Of a stretch of DNA of 64,000 bases, positions 36,555-47,499 are shown in pieces. The notes beneath the pieces were generated by a model that saw only the letters and a list, made by a program, of their open reading frames with translations, had not been told where the DNA came from and made no database searches. Made by a program: the position numbers and the translations under genes. Position 1 is the first letter of the stretch. Each line of letters begins with the position of its first letter. Source of the DNA: Candidatus Shapirobacteria bacterium (GTDB lineage: Bacteria; Patescibacteriota; Microgenomatia; UBA12405); NCBI GenBank assembly GCA_041665485.1, contig JBAYIT010000002.1:261867-325866 (forward strand). The letters run 5' to 3'.

Positions 36555-37197
36555 AATAGTCCTAACTTTAGTTTTATTCCTGATTTTTATAACCAGCATC
36601 TATTTACTTCTCCCTAAGAAAACAAACGGCCAAAAATTAGAATTTGTTTTTTTCCTTTCCAGTCTTAGCCGTAATGAAAACACCCAAGTCGTCGAATTCA
36701 TCACCAAGCACTTCGGTAATGAAATAAAATTTACCCCTGTCTATCTTTTTAGTAAAACCAATAGTCTTGAATTCAGTAACGGCCAGTACTACACCGCTAC
36801 CAACGGCCGTAGTGAAGCTAATCAAAACATTCGCGAACTTTGCGCTTTTGATTTAGCCAAAAATCTCTCCCAATGGTGGCAATTTATCACCGACTTTTCC
36901 GCTAATTGCCAGCCAGGTCACGGAAATCCGGATACCTGCTGGGTAGACTCTGCCTCTAAATCAGGATTTAATCCCAATACCATCACCGACTGCTTTAATC
37001 AACAAGCCCAATCTCTAATCGAATCTCAATTAGCAATTACCTCTAAATTAGACGATCCACAACCTAATACCGCTCTTTTAAATAATCAAATTGTTATCAC
37101 TAACTTTCAGCTTGATAATCTAAAGTTAGTCATTTGTCAAAGTTTTGCTATTACTCCCAAAGTTTGCCACCAGTCTCTAGACACCTATGATTACTAA
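36535..37197 (+). CDS. Hypothetical secreted/membrane-anchored protein
   Basis: Internal start MKKLRPRIVLTLVLFLIFITSIYLL taken as the signal anchor. The ORF track 5' extension overlaps the ferredoxin gene. Confidence 0.4.
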   Translation: MKKLRPRIVLTLVLFLIFITSIYLLLPKKTNGQKLEFVFFLSSLSRNENTQVVEFITKHFGNEIKFTPVYLFSKTNSLEFSNGQYYTATNGRSEANQNIRELCAFDLAKNLSQWWQFITDFSANCQPGHGNPDTCWVDSASKSGFNPNTITDCFNQQAQSLIESQLAITSKLDDPQPNTALLNNQIVITNFQLDNLKLVICQSFAITPKVCHQSLDTYDY

Positions 37198-37729
37198 ACT
37201 AAATTCTCACCAAATCAGAGCCAGTCGCCCCCAAAAGGCGTTAATCGATAGATTAAGTCTCAAACGCCAGCCAATTATTTTTGTCCTCGACAACATTGTT
37301 GACACCTATAATATAGGATCGTTTTTCCGTTTAGCCGACGCCCTGTCTATTCAGAAAATATATCTCTGCGGACCAGTCGTCACTCCGCCCAATATTAAGA
37401 TTCATCGTAGTAGTATCGGCACCTGGAAATGGGTCGACTGGGAACAAGTGGATAGGGTAGGGGAGTGTCTAAAAAAGCTAAAATCCAAAGGATACAGTAT
37501 TTACACCTGTGAACAGGCTAAAAATAGTCAGAATTATTTAAAAGTCGACTACCACCCACCACTGGCCCTAGTATTTGGTAGTGAAACTAACGGTGCTTCA
37601 CCGGAGTCTATTAAAATTGCCGATAAAATAGTTGAAATACCAATGTTTGGCATTAACAAATCTCTTAATGTTTTAGTTTCTGCCGCCGTCATTGGCTACC
37701 ACCTTTCCAGCCGTCTAAAAACGAACTAG
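37187..37729 (+). CDS. SpoU/TrmH-family RNA 2'-O-methyltransferase
   Basis: SPOUT-type motifs (IIFVLDNIVDTYNIGSFFR, LVFGSETNG). Confidence 0.6.
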   Translation: MITKLNSHQIRASRPQKALIDRLSLKRQPIIFVLDNIVDTYNIGSFFRLADALSIQKIYLCGPVVTPPNIKIHRSSIGTWKWVDWEQVDRVGECLKKLKSKGYSIYTCEQAKNSQNYLKVDYHPPLALVFGSETNGASPESIKIADKIVEIPMFGINKSLNVLVSAAVIGYHLSSRLKTN

Positions 37730-37815
37730 ATTATACCTATACATAGGTTATATTTGCTTATTGCTAAGCTGTTCTTTTCTGCTACAATGAATTGTTAACT
37801 GAAAATCGGCCAAAG

Positions 37816-39756
37816 ATGCCAGATCCCAACAATTACACCAGTCAATCAATTATCGTCCTCGAGGGCCTTGAGCCGGTCCGAAAAAGGCCAGCCATGTACA
37901 TTGGCTCTACCGACACTCGAGGTCTCCATCATTGCGTCTACGAGCTCATTGATAATAGTAACGACGAAGCCCTGGCTGGCTTTGCTAAAAACGTCTGGGT
38001 TTTGATTAACACCAACGGTTCTGTTACCGTCGCCGATGACGGCCGGGGCATTCCCGTAGATATCATGCCCAAATACAAACGCCCCGCTGTTGAAGTTGTT
38101 ATGACCACCCTCCACTCTGGTGGCAAATTTGAAGGTCAAGCCTACCAAGTTTCCGGCGGACTTCATGGTGTTGGTGCCGCTTGTGTCAACGCTTTATCCG
38201 ATAAATTCCAAATTGAAATTTGTCGCGATCAAAAAATTTACTCCGTCGAATTTTCCCGAGGCAAAGTTACTAAGCCACTGACTGTCGTCCCCCAAACTTC
38301 CAATCCTCGCCTTGCCAAATTAGTTCCTCAGAACACTACCGGCACCACGGTTACTTTCTTCCCTGACGCTGAGATCTTTAAAGAAACCACTGAATTTGAT
38401 GCCAAAACAATCATTGATTCACTTAAAGACCGCGCCTATCTTACCAGTAAGATTTACTTTCACTTTTATGACGACCGAACCGGTTTGATTAAGCACTTCT
38501 ATTTTGAAGGTGGAATTATTTCTCTACTTTCAGAGCTAAACCTCGGTAAAGTTGTTGTCCATCAACCTATTTACCTCCATCGAGCCCAAGACGGTGTTGA
38601 TGTTGAAGTTGCCATTCAATACAACGACACCTTCAAAGAAAACACACCCTCTTTTGTTAATATCATCAACACCCACGAAGGTGGCACTCACCTCACTGGT
38701 TTTAAGATTGCTCTCACTAAAGTTGTCCGCGACTACGCTATTAAGAAAGAATTAATTAAAGGTAAAGACGACGCCATCACCGGCGATGATGTTCGTGAAG
38801 GTTTAACGGCCGTTATCTCCATTAAGATGGGTAGTAAAAACCTTCAGTTTGAAGGTCAAACTAAGGGCAGGTTAGGCAATTCTGAAGTCCAGCCGATTGT
38901 CAATAAAATTGTCAAAGAAGAGCTCGAAATCTTTTTTGAAGAACATCCTGATGTTGCCAAAGCAATTGTCGGTAAATCACTTCTCGCCATTCAAATCCGT
39001 AAAGCTGCCAAAGCTGCCAAAGATGCTATCATGCGCAAAGGTGCTTTTGATTCTCTCGGTCTGCCGGGAAAACTGGCTGATTGTCAATCAAAAAATCCGG
39101 CCGATAGTGAAATTTTTATTGTTGAAGGCGACTCTGCCGGTGGTAGCGCCAAGCAAGCCCGTGATCGCAAGTATCAGGCCATCTTGCCCTTATGGGGTAA
39201 GGGGCTTAACACTGAAGGCATGAGACTCGATAAAATTGTCGGCTCAGAAAAATTCAAAGACCTAATTATTGCCCTTGGCATGGGAATAGGGGAGACACTC
39301 GATGCCGGAAAACTCCGTTATCACCGCATTATTCTCATGGCCGACGCCGACGTCGACGGCTCCCACATCAACACTCTCTGGCTCACCCTCCTCTTCCGTC
39401 ATCTCACTCCTTCAGTTGAAAAAGGTCACGTTTATATCGCCATGCCTCCGCTTTACGCTATTAAACAAGGCAAGAAAATCAAGTATGCCTACACCGAAGA
39501 AGAAAAAGAAAAGTATCTTCGGGAGCTTCCCGCCGGTGAAAACGTCAGTGTTCAACGTTACAAGGGTTTAGGTGAAATGAATCCTCAACAGCTGTGGGAA
39601 ACTACTATGGACCCTCAAACCAGAATTCTCAAACGGATTGATATTGCTGATGCCCAAAGAGCCGACGAAGTCTTTCGGACACTTATGAGCGAGGAAGTTC
39701 CTCCCCGCAAAAAATTTATCACCACCCACGCCCATTTAGCCAATTTGGATGTTTAA
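37816..39756 (+). CDS. gyrB: DNA gyrase subunit B
   Basis: MPDPNNYTSQSIIVLEGLEPVRKRPAMYIGST. GHKL ATPase and Toprim motifs. The start is moved to the ATG after the TGCTACAAT -10 at 37781-37788. Confidence 0.85.
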   Translation: MPDPNNYTSQSIIVLEGLEPVRKRPAMYIGSTDTRGLHHCVYELIDNSNDEALAGFAKNVWVLINTNGSVTVADDGRGIPVDIMPKYKRPAVEVVMTTLHSGGKFEGQAYQVSGGLHGVGAACVNALSDKFQIEICRDQKIYSVEFSRGKVTKPLTVVPQTSNPRLAKLVPQNTTGTTVTFFPDAEIFKETTEFDAKTIIDSLKDRAYLTSKIYFHFYDDRTGLIKHFYFEGGIISLLSELNLGKVVVHQPIYLHRAQDGVDVEVAIQYNDTFKENTPSFVNIINTHEGGTHLTGFKIALTKVVRDYAIKKELIKGKDDAITGDDVREGLTAVISIKMGSKNLQFEGQTKGRLGNSEVQPIVNKIVKEELEIFFEEHPDVAKAIVGKSLLAIQIRKAAKAAKDAIMRKGAFDSLGLPGKLADCQSKNPADSEIFIVEGDSAGGSAKQARDRKYQAILPLWGKGLNTEGMRLDKIVGSEKFKDLIIALGMGIGETLDAGKLRYHRIILMADADVDGSHINTLWLTLLFRHLTPSVEKGHVYIAMPPLYAIKQGKKIKYAYTEEEKEKYLRELPAGENVSVQRYKGLGEMNPQQLWETTMDPQTRILKRIDIADAQRADEVFRTLMSEEVPPRKKFITTHAHLANLDV

Positions 39757-39762
39757 AAAATT

Positions 39763-42378
39763 ATGGCTGATAATTTAAAACCAACTCCACCAGTCTCAAA
39801 CAATCCCATCGGTAAGGTACTTTCGGTTGATATCGTTCCCGAGATGGAGAAGTCTTATCTTGACTACGCCATGTCAGTCATCGTTGCCCGGGCTCTACCC
39901 GATGTCCGTGATGGTCTTAAGCCTGTTCACCGCCGAATTATCTATGCCATGGAAAAAATGGGGCTAGGCCCCACCGGCAGAAATGTCAAATCGGCCGCCG
40001 TAGTTGGTGAAGTTCTCAAAACTTATCACCCTCACGGCGACATTGCCCTCTACGGCTCTCTAGTCCGCATGGCTCAAGAGTTTTCTCTCCGTTACCCACT
40101 TGTCCACGGTCAAGGAAATTTTGGCTCAATTGATGGCGATCCGCCCGCCGCCATGCGTTACACCGAGGTAAAAATGAGCAAAATCATGCCGGAAATGGTC
40201 ATCGACATCAACAAAGAAGTTGTTGACATGGTCCCCAACTACGATGCTACTACAGTCGAACCTTCCGTTTTACCTTCCAGAATCCCCAACCTTCTCCTTA
40301 ACGGTGCCGACGGTATCGCTGTTGGCATGGCCACCAGAATTCCCCCCCATAATCTTAAAGAGATCTGTGAAGCCCTAAACTTTGTTCTTGACCATTGTCG
40401 GCTAGAAAAAGTTGAAGAAGAAATCGCCATATCCGCTATCAAAAAACCCACCACCCTCGACCTGGTTCTCAAACCAATCTACGAACTAGAAAAAATAAAA
40501 TTCAATTTTGAAACCTCCGCTACTGTCGAAGATCTAACTCAAATCATCACTGGCCCCGATTTCCCCACCCGCGGTGAAATATTTGGTAAGAAGGGGATTA
40601 TTGAAATGTATACCACCGGTCGGGGAAAATTCATGCTCCGTGGCAAAGCCGTTATCGAAGAAACTAAATCCGGCAAGATCAGGATTATCATTTCCGAAAT
40701 CCCTTACCAAGTAAACAAATCCGAATTCGTTAAAAAAATCGCCGACCTGGCTAAAGATAAAAAAATCATTGGTATCTCCGATCTTCGTGATGAATCAGAC
40801 CGTCATGGCATTCGTGTCGTCGTCGAAATGCGCAAAACTGCCAAACCAAAAAGTGTTCTTAATAAACTTTATAAATACACTCAGCTTCAAACTTCCTACT
40901 CTGCCAATATTTTAGCTCTAGTTGACGGTGTTCCTCAAACCTTGAATCTCCGCCAAATTCTCCTTCTTTTCCTCCGTCACCGTCAAACTGTCGTCCGTCG
41001 CCGGTGCATCTTTGATCTCAAATCCAATTACCTTCGCTCTCATATTCTCGAAGGTTTGAAAATCGCTCTCGACAATATGGACGAAGTCATTAAAACTATC
41101 CGAGCTTCGGCTACCGTTGAAGTCGCCAAAGATAATCTTATTTCTAAATTCAAATTTACCGATCTCCAAGCCCAAGCCATCCTGGAAATGCAACTTCGTC
41201 GCCTGGCTGCCCTCGAACGCCAAAAAATCGACGATGAATACAAGGCTGTCCAAGCCACCATTGAGGATCTAACCAGTACTATTACCAAATCGGAGAAAAT
41301 GATTAATACCTTAAAATCGGAAAACAATCAGGTCATTGAAAGTTACCAGGACCCCCGCCGAACCAAAATCTATACTCGCGAACTAAATGATTTTACTGAA
41401 GAAGATCTGGTTCCCAACGAACCTACTCTGGTCATGCTCACTCACGGCGGTTACATCAAAAGAATGTCCGGCGACAGTTACCGCAATCAACAGCGTGGTG
41501 GTGTTGGTGTCTTGGGCATGGCCACCAAGACTGAAGACGAAATTGAAAATATGTTCTCTGTCAACACTCACGACTTTCTCCTCTTCTTTACCAATCGTGG
41601 CCGAGTCTTTAAAACCAGAGTCTGGGAAATTAATGAAAGTACCCGTCAGGCCAAGGGTCAATCCATCATCAATCTTATCAACATTGTCCCCGGCGAAACC
41701 ATTCAAGCCGTTTTACCTCTAACCAAAGAAGTCGGTGTCAAGTATATCCTCCTTGCCACCAAAAGTGGCACCATCAAAAAAACATCTATTGAAAAATTCG
41801 CCAATATCCGTCAAAATGGCCTAACTGCTATTAAGTTAGACCAAAACGATCAGCTTATTTGGGCCAAGTCAACTTCTGGTAACGATCAGATATTTCTCGT
41901 TACTCACCTTGGTAAATGCATCCGCTTTAATGAAACTGACACCCGCCCCATGGGTCGTAATACCCGCGGAGTCCGTGGAGTCACTCTCAAGCCAAACGAC
42001 TACCTTGTTAGCCTAGATATTGTTCCCCAAGCCACTAAAACTTTCCGTCATCTTCTAGCCGTCACCGAAAAGGGGATAGGCAAACGGTCCAATGTCTATC
42101 TTTACCCTCTCCAAAAACGTGGTGGGATCGGAGTTAAAGTTGCCAATCTTAACGATAAAACTGGGCTCATCGCCGCCGCTCAAGTCGTCTCCGAAACCGA
42201 TAATCAGGTTATTCTTGTTTCCAAAAAGGCTATCGCTATCCGCATGTCTCTCTCCAATATTCCCACTCTCAATCGCAACACCCGCGGAGTCATTCTCATG
42301 CGCTTTAAAGATAAAGATGATAGATTAAGTACTATGACGGTACTTTCCAACAATACTACAAACGAGTCAGCTTCCTAA
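39763..42378 (+). CDS. gyrA: DNA gyrase subunit A
   Basis: AAMRYTE active-site Tyr motif and C-terminal beta-pinwheel repeats. Confidence 0.85.
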   Translation: MADNLKPTPPVSNNPIGKVLSVDIVPEMEKSYLDYAMSVIVARALPDVRDGLKPVHRRIIYAMEKMGLGPTGRNVKSAAVVGEVLKTYHPHGDIALYGSLVRMAQEFSLRYPLVHGQGNFGSIDGDPPAAMRYTEVKMSKIMPEMVIDINKEVVDMVPNYDATTVEPSVLPSRIPNLLLNGADGIAVGMATRIPPHNLKEICEALNFVLDHCRLEKVEEEIAISAIKKPTTLDLVLKPIYELEKIKFNFETSATVEDLTQIITGPDFPTRGEIFGKKGIIEMYTTGRGKFMLRGKAVIEETKSGKIRIIISEIPYQVNKSEFVKKIADLAKDKKIIGISDLRDESDRHGIRVVVEMRKTAKPKSVLNKLYKYTQLQTSYSANILALVDGVPQTLNLRQILLLFLRHRQTVVRRRCIFDLKSNYLRSHILEGLKIALDNMDEVIKTIRASATVEVAKDNLISKFKFTDLQAQAILEMQLRRLAALERQKIDDEYKAVQATIEDLTSTITKSEKMINTLKSENNQVIESYQDPRRTKIYTRELNDFTEEDLVPNEPTLVMLTHGGYIKRMSGDSYRNQQRGGVGVLGMATKTEDEIENMFSVNTHDFLLFFTNRGRVFKTRVWEINESTRQAKGQSIINLINIVPGETIQAVLPLTKEVGVKYILLATKSGTIKKTSIEKFANIRQNGLTAIKLDQNDQLIWAKSTSGNDQIFLVTHLGKCIRFNETDTRPMGRNTRGVRGVTLKPNDYLVSLDIVPQATKTFRHLLAVTEKGIGKRSNVYLYPLQKRGGIGVKVANLNDKTGLIAAAQVVSETDNQVILVSKKAIAIRMSLSNIPTLNRNTRGVILMRFKDKDDRLSTMTVLSNNTTNESAS

Positions 42379-42680
42379 CATATTATAAGACACCAGCCAT
42401 CTAAAACAGGGTAGGGGATATATAAGATATTATAAGATAACAGGCAAACCTAACCCACGACTAGCAGTTAATTAGTCAGATTGCTAACAAGGTATATAAA
42501 GTTTTTATTACCTTATAACAGGCATAATTTACGATCTTACTTGCTCAACTATATCACACTCTGACTACTCATCCTCTACACTCAAATATCTTCAATTTAA
42601 GCCTATCCTTTGGCCTACCTATATAAATCAATTTTGAGGCTCCGTAATTTTAGAGCCGAATCCGCCGAAGCGGAAAGTTA

Positions 42681-43619
42681 TTAACTCTTCCGCAAAGGAG
42701 GATTACGAAAATGAAATTTCTCGTGTACCTCTCTTAATCTAGCATCGGTTACGTGAGTGTAAATTTGAGTAGTAGCAATATTCTTATGCCCCAACATTTC
42801 TTGAACCGAACGTAGATCAGCTCCATTTCTCAATAGGTCCGTTGCCATTGAGTGTCTCAAGGTATGTGGTGTTGCTTCTACTGGCAACCTTGCTCCCAAT
42901 ACGTATTTTTTCACCAACCGCTGAATTGATCTGGCTGACAATCTCACCGAATTATCATCACTCACCAAATCAGTCTTCCTTAAATTTCTAATGAATAGGG
43001 GAGTATAGTGGTCAACTCTCCCGCGTAGATATTTCATCACCGCTTCCCCTGCCCGAGGAGATATAAAAATCACCCGAAATCTACCACCCTTTCCCATTAC
43101 GCCAAACTCTCGGGTTTTCAAATTAATCTGTTCCCTGTTTAAGCTTACTAGCTCCGATACTCGAAGTCCTGTAGAAAACAATAATTCCAAAATTGCTCTA
43201 TCTCTTGGGCCATTATTTTGCGACGTCATCAGTTGGTTAAGTAAACGCTCCATTTGCTCGGCTGTTAGAAACTTAAGGCTGTGATCACGAAACTTAGGTA
43301 CTTCCAGCTTTTCTGGCCCCATAGCTTTAATGTCATTTTTAACTAAATACTTCAGTAACGATCTTAGGGCAATAATATAATACCCTTGAGTCGACACCGC
43401 CAAATCTCTGTTAGCTAAATTCAGTCTAAATCTTCGAATACTTTCTGAATCGATATCTGAAATCAACGGCACTGATCCTCTCGCTTTTGTCAAAAAAATC
43501 AACAATTCATTTAAATAATGGCGATAGTTTCTAATTGTCAGCCGAGAACAGTTTCTTTCAACTACTAAATACTCCAAGAATCTATTTACAAACGTTTCTA
43601 GAGGCTCTGGTGAAGCCAT
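42681..43619 (-). CDS. xerD: Tyrosine site-specific recombinase XerC/XerD family
   Basis: HTLRHSMATDLLRNGADLRSVQEMLGHKNIATTQIYTHV. Confidence 0.8.
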   Translation of the reverse strand: MASPEPLETFVNRFLEYLVVERNCSRLTIRNYRHYLNELLIFLTKARGSVPLISDIDSESIRRFRLNLANRDLAVSTQGYYIIALRSLLKYLVKNDIKAMGPEKLEVPKFRDHSLKFLTAEQMERLLNQLMTSQNNGPRDRAILELLFSTGLRVSELVSLNREQINLKTREFGVMGKGGRFRVIFISPRAGEAVMKYLRGRVDHYTPLFIRNLRKTDLVSDDNSVRLSARSIQRLVKKYVLGARLPVEATPHTLRHSMATDLLRNGADLRSVQEMLGHKNIATTQIYTHVTDARLREVHEKFHFRNPPLRKS

Positions 43620-44285
43620 ATTAAATATTACCTATCTTAAGGAATAACCTATCTATACCCTGCCAACTTCTGGTTGGAGAAGTCCAAAAATCGGCTTTGA
43701 GCCTAAAAACAAATTTTTTCAACCAACCCCCAAACCGGAGAATTATGGTCATTTAATTAGTTAATTATAAAATTTTATTTTTTAATAATTGAAAATTGTA
43801 AATTGAAAATTGAAAATTAGTTTTTGTGTCCTCCCCTCCCTTTCTATTTTAACATACGTCGCAAAACATACATTGTGCGACATACCATTTTAGCATGCTA
43901 GGGCCCCGGGGGAAAGAGCAGAAAACATTTACTCACCTATCCTAAAATAAATAATGACAATTCATGTATTACGGATCACGATTTACGTATCACGAACTAC
44001 CATCCCCTTAACCTAGCACTCTCGCATCTTCTCTGGCGACAAATTAACTTTTCCACAAGACTGTATCACTCTATATCACCTATCCTATAATTATTATAGG
44101 TCCCACCCTGTGAAAATTATAGGATAAAACGTGAAAATCGACTTTACCCACCTCCCCTCTCCCCCACCCCCCCACCACCTAAGAAAAATTCTTAAATCCT
44201 AATTTCTAATTTCTAAATTATTTTTTAAATTCTTAAATTTTTCTAAATTCTAGACTCGTAGATTCTTAAATTCCTGATTCCAAGC

Positions 44286-45068
44286 TCACCATTCCACCAC
44301 CAACAGTAACGACAACAAGGCTGCGCCGGCCATCCAAGCCGCCATTAACCAATTCTTATTAAAGAGCCTACCACGTATTTCAGCCCAAATTAAGCCGGAA
44401 AATAGATATATTGCCACCACCAAATACATTGATCCCTTAAAAATTCCCAACGGCCAAAAAGAAAATATCAACGACAATTCAGCCAACAGCCAAGATGGCA
44501 CCAACAAAAACGGCCACTTCTCAATATCTTTACCATCATCGGGTAATTCAATTGCCACCGACCAAAAATGATAGGCAAAAATCACCACTCCCACCCCTCC
44601 CACCGCCAGCATATTTATCCAAAAGGGCCACCTGTAAGACAAAATAGTATTAAACAAAAAAAAGCTGGCCAAAAGCAAAACTACCAGGCTTATAGTGTAA
44701 GCTGCCCGATATAATGGCACAGTCTTAAAGCCCAAAGCTACCATAAACACGTTCTCCGCCAGAAAAACAAAATAATTAATCACTCCATAAATCGCCGTTA
44801 AACCCAAATTCCACCACCATTCTAGTCCCAAAAGCGACACAAACATTCCAAACCCCAAAAAAAGCAATAATGGCAACAATACCACCCATAGCCGAAGCCA
44901 ATAATCAGTGCTAAAAATAAGCCCCAAACCAAACCAAAAACAAAAAACAGTTAAAGTCAACCCAACCAATACCCCGTATTGTCTCGATTCGTAGGGCAAA
45001 CCAACAAAAAAAATAAAACCCAAAGAAAGGATTAAGGATAGAATTACATACTTAAGTCTTTTCGACAT
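44286..45068 (-). CDS. Hypothetical polytopic membrane protein
   Basis: Seven or more TM helices. Confidence 0.4.
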   Translation of the reverse strand: MSKRLKYVILSLILSLGFIFFVGLPYESRQYGVLVGLTLTVFCFWFGLGLIFSTDYWLRLWVVLLPLLLFLGFGMFVSLLGLEWWWNLGLTAIYGVINYFVFLAENVFMVALGFKTVPLYRAAYTISLVVLLLASFFLFNTILSYRWPFWINMLAVGGVGVVIFAYHFWSVAIELPDDGKDIEKWPFLLVPSWLLAELSLIFSFWPLGIFKGSMYLVVAIYLFSGLIWAEIRGRLFNKNWLMAAWMAGAALLSLLLVVEW

Positions 45069-45741
45069 ATTCTCCTCCCAAGTGAACCGCCACTACGTCT
45101 TGATGTTCTTCAAGTTCCTCTACAAGATCGGCAATTTTTAAGGCAACTTCTTCATCAGTAATCGGAAGTGGTAGTTTAACTTTCATAATTGGCGTCAAAG
45201 AGTTTATTTCTATCCCCAAAGCCACCATTTTTTCTTTTAGAAAAGGCACCCTGTCCTTAGTCATAAATAGCGACACCCCGTCGATTTCTACCACCCCCAG
45301 GTCAATCATCTCCAATTGTTCCAAGTCGCTAAGCTCTCTTTCCACTTCCATCTCCATTAACCGATCAAATAAATAAGCCACACTCCCCTCTTCCCCCAGA
45401 CTCCCGCCATGAGTTTTAATAATTAGCTTAATTTCCGATAATGATCTATTTTTATTATCAGTCTCCAGTTCGATTATCATCGGCACTCCGGAAATCGCGT
45501 AGCCCTCAAGCGTCAGGCTAATCAAATTTTTTTGCCTTTCAGCAAAACTCGATAAGAGCCGATCAATATTATCTTTGGGCATATTAGCCATCCTCGCCTT
45601 TTCAATGGCTGTTTTTAATCCACTGTCTTGTCTGATGGCCGTAATTATCCCTCTGGCCAATTTAGTAAAAGTCTCACTTCTTTTTTTATCAACAGACCCT
45701 TTTCTGTTTTTGATATTCGCCCACTTAGAATGACCGGACAT
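45052..45741 (-). CDS. yebC: YebC/PmpR family DNA-binding regulatory protein
   Basis: MSGHSKWANIKNRK. Confidence 0.8.
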   Translation of the reverse strand: MSGHSKWANIKNRKGSVDKKRSETFTKLARGIITAIRQDSGLKTAIEKARMANMPKDNIDRLLSSFAERQKNLISLTLEGYAISGVPMIIELETDNKNRSLSEIKLIIKTHGGSLGEEGSVAYLFDRLMEMEVERELSDLEQLEMIDLGVVEIDGVSLFMTKDRVPFLKEKMVALGIEINSLTPIMKVKLPLPITDEEVALKIADLVEELEEHQDVVAVHLGGEYVEKT

Positions 45742-46570
45742 AGTTATTGTATTTTAACATCTGGCCCCAATCCTTGCCCAACTCAACCACCACTTCAGTA
45801 ACATTTTCGTCATCAATAATTTCCAAATCACAGCCAAGAATGCTATTAATAGAATTAACTATTTGTTCATCTGTCTCAGTTAAATTGTTAATCATTTTTA
45901 CCCTACAATTAGTATTCGTTTCCATATCATTGACAACTCCCGACACCAATACTCCTGCCCACTCCAACCGCTTCGCCACCATCGTTGCCAATCCGCTCAA
46001 CCCCGATCGATTAACCACTACCCATCTTAAATTACTCAAAGACAACCAATCAATATTGGCATATTCCCTCTCCATTCTTTCTCCTGTAAATTCTGCCATA
46101 ACCTCGTTTTTTTCTAACATCACCCCCCGAGAAACTTGCCAATTCCACCACCATCTTAAGTTTGACAAATTAGCCAGAGCCAATTTTCCCCGCCACCAAT
46201 CAGGATCATCTCCTATCATAATTTTGTCCGGTATTAAGCCAAAGTTAAAGAATAGAATTTTGTTTACTAAACCACTCCCCTCTTTAGCTACCACCAACAG
46301 TTTCCCCACTTTTCCTGCTTCATACCAGCCGTAGCCACCGGGAATCCAAAGTTTAAAATCGGCTGGCAATCGCGACACCGACACCAGCCTCCTCTGAATT
46401 GATATATTTACTAATTCCACTCCCCAATCACCAAAACTGGCGATTCTTAAATCTCCGTCGGCCCGGCCCCAAGCTAATCTCAAAAAACCAATTCCTACTA
46501 AAAAGATTAGCAATAACCACCAACTAACCTGCCATTTCTTCATATTTTTCCTGTTCTTCCATCCAGTCAA
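45725..46570 (-). CDS. LytR_C (LCP-associated) domain-containing membrane protein
   Basis: N-terminal TM. C-terminal NRSGLSGLATMVAKRLEWAGVLVSGVVN resembles LytR C-terminal domains. Confidence 0.4.
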   Translation of the reverse strand: MTGWKNRKNMKKWQVSWWLLLIFLVGIGFLRLAWGRADGDLRIASFGDWGVELVNISIQRRLVSVSRLPADFKLWIPGGYGWYEAGKVGKLLVVAKEGSGLVNKILFFNFGLIPDKIMIGDDPDWWRGKLALANLSNLRWWWNWQVSRGVMLEKNEVMAEFTGERMEREYANIDWLSLSNLRWVVVNRSGLSGLATMVAKRLEWAGVLVSGVVNDMETNTNCRVKMINNLTETDEQIVNSINSILGCDLEIIDDENVTEVVVELGKDWGQMLKYNNYVRSF

Positions 46571-47249
46571 CCCCTAACGGTGACTCAAATTCTAATCTTT
46601 CTCCAGAAATCGGATGATTAAATTTCAACCTTTTCGCGTGTAACATAATTCTCCTCCCCTCTCCCTTACCATAGAGACTATCTCCCACCACCGGCCAACC
46701 AAGATAACTCAAATGAACCCTAATTTGGTGAGTCCGGCCGGTTTCTATAAAAATGTTAAGCAGACTAAATAAAAGTTCGTTCTTTTGGTACAATCTCTCT
46801 CTTTTAAATTTCGTTACTGCCATCTTCCCTTCAATTGTAACTCCAAATCTTCCCCATGTTCCAAATCTTTTTCGGCCAATTGGCATTTTGATTTGGCCCT
46901 CCACTACTGTCTTCCCGCATACTAACGCCAAATATTCTTTACTAACCCGTCTTTCCTTAAAATCACCCTGCAGTTGCTTTAAAATCGACTCTTTTTTAGC
47001 CACCACCACCAAGCCTGTCGTTCCTTTATCCAAACGATGAACAATCCCCGCCCTGGCTAATTTAGCATTTCCCCCGCGATTCAGTAAAAGCCACGATTCT
47101 AAAGTCTCCCCTGCTCTCTTTCCCTCATTTGTCACCACCAAACCGGCCGGTTTATCAACCACCATCAAAAAATCATCTTCAAAAATTATTCTCTCTTCTT
47201 CCATATTTCTCCTCCAATAATTAACACCATTCCCCCAAATATCAACCAA
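46524..47249 (-). CDS. RluA-family pseudouridine synthase
   Basis: HRLDKGTTGLVVVAKK catalytic Asp motif. Confidence 0.75.
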   Translation of the reverse strand: MVDIWGNGVNYWRRNMEEERIIFEDDFLMVVDKPAGLVVTNEGKRAGETLESWLLLNRGGNAKLARAGIVHRLDKGTTGLVVVAKKESILKQLQGDFKERRVSKEYLALVCGKTVVEGQIKMPIGRKRFGTWGRFGVTIEGKMAVTKFKRERLYQKNELLFSLLNIFIETGRTHQIRVHLSYLGWPVVGDSLYGKGEGRRIMLHAKRLKFNHPISGERLEFESPLGVDWMEEQEKYEEMAG

Positions 47250-47494
47250 TCAAAAACGTTATTTTTAATTGGCAAAAAAGGAACACTCAAATTATCAATC
47301 ACGCATCCACCACCCAGCCTTTGACCAAAATTAGCCCATCCTCCCAAAGTTAAAATCCCCCACCCCAAGGGTAATCTTTTATTTTTTAATGTCAAAAACA
47401 ACAAATAGATAGTTAAAAATATCAAAATCAAGCCAATAATCCAAAAAAGACCGTCAAACTTAAAACCAAAACTAATTCCGCAATTTTCCACCAT
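47186..47494 (-). CDS. lspA: Lipoprotein signal peptidase II-like, short form lacking the N-terminal third
   Basis: NCGISFG and VIDNLSV...FNVFDWLIFGG match LspA C-terminal motifs. Only 102 aa. Confidence 0.45.
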   Translation of the reverse strand: MVENCGISFGFKFDGLFWIIGLILIFLTIYLLFLTLKNKRLPLGWGILTLGGWANFGQRLGGGCVIDNLSVPFLPIKNNVFDWLIFGGMVLIIGGEIWKKRE

Positions 47495-47499
47495 TAATA

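Noticed and set aside
19066-42410. Recurrent 11-mer GGGTAGGGGAG / ATAGGGGA inside unrelated genes (pilD, pth, SpoU, gyrB, gyrA, ligA, GT)
   Set aside because: It most likely reflects codon choice for Gly-(Val/Ile)-Gly-Glu/Asp peptides and partial similarity to the AGGGGAGGATTGG element. It is too short to call a mobile repeat without a genome-wide count.
42693-42736. Strong AAAGGAGGA Shine-Dalgarno followed by an 8-codon ORF MKFLVYLS on the plus strand
   Set aside because: The SD-like sequence is the reverse complement of the Pro-Pro-Leu codons at the xerD C-terminus, so it is coincidental.
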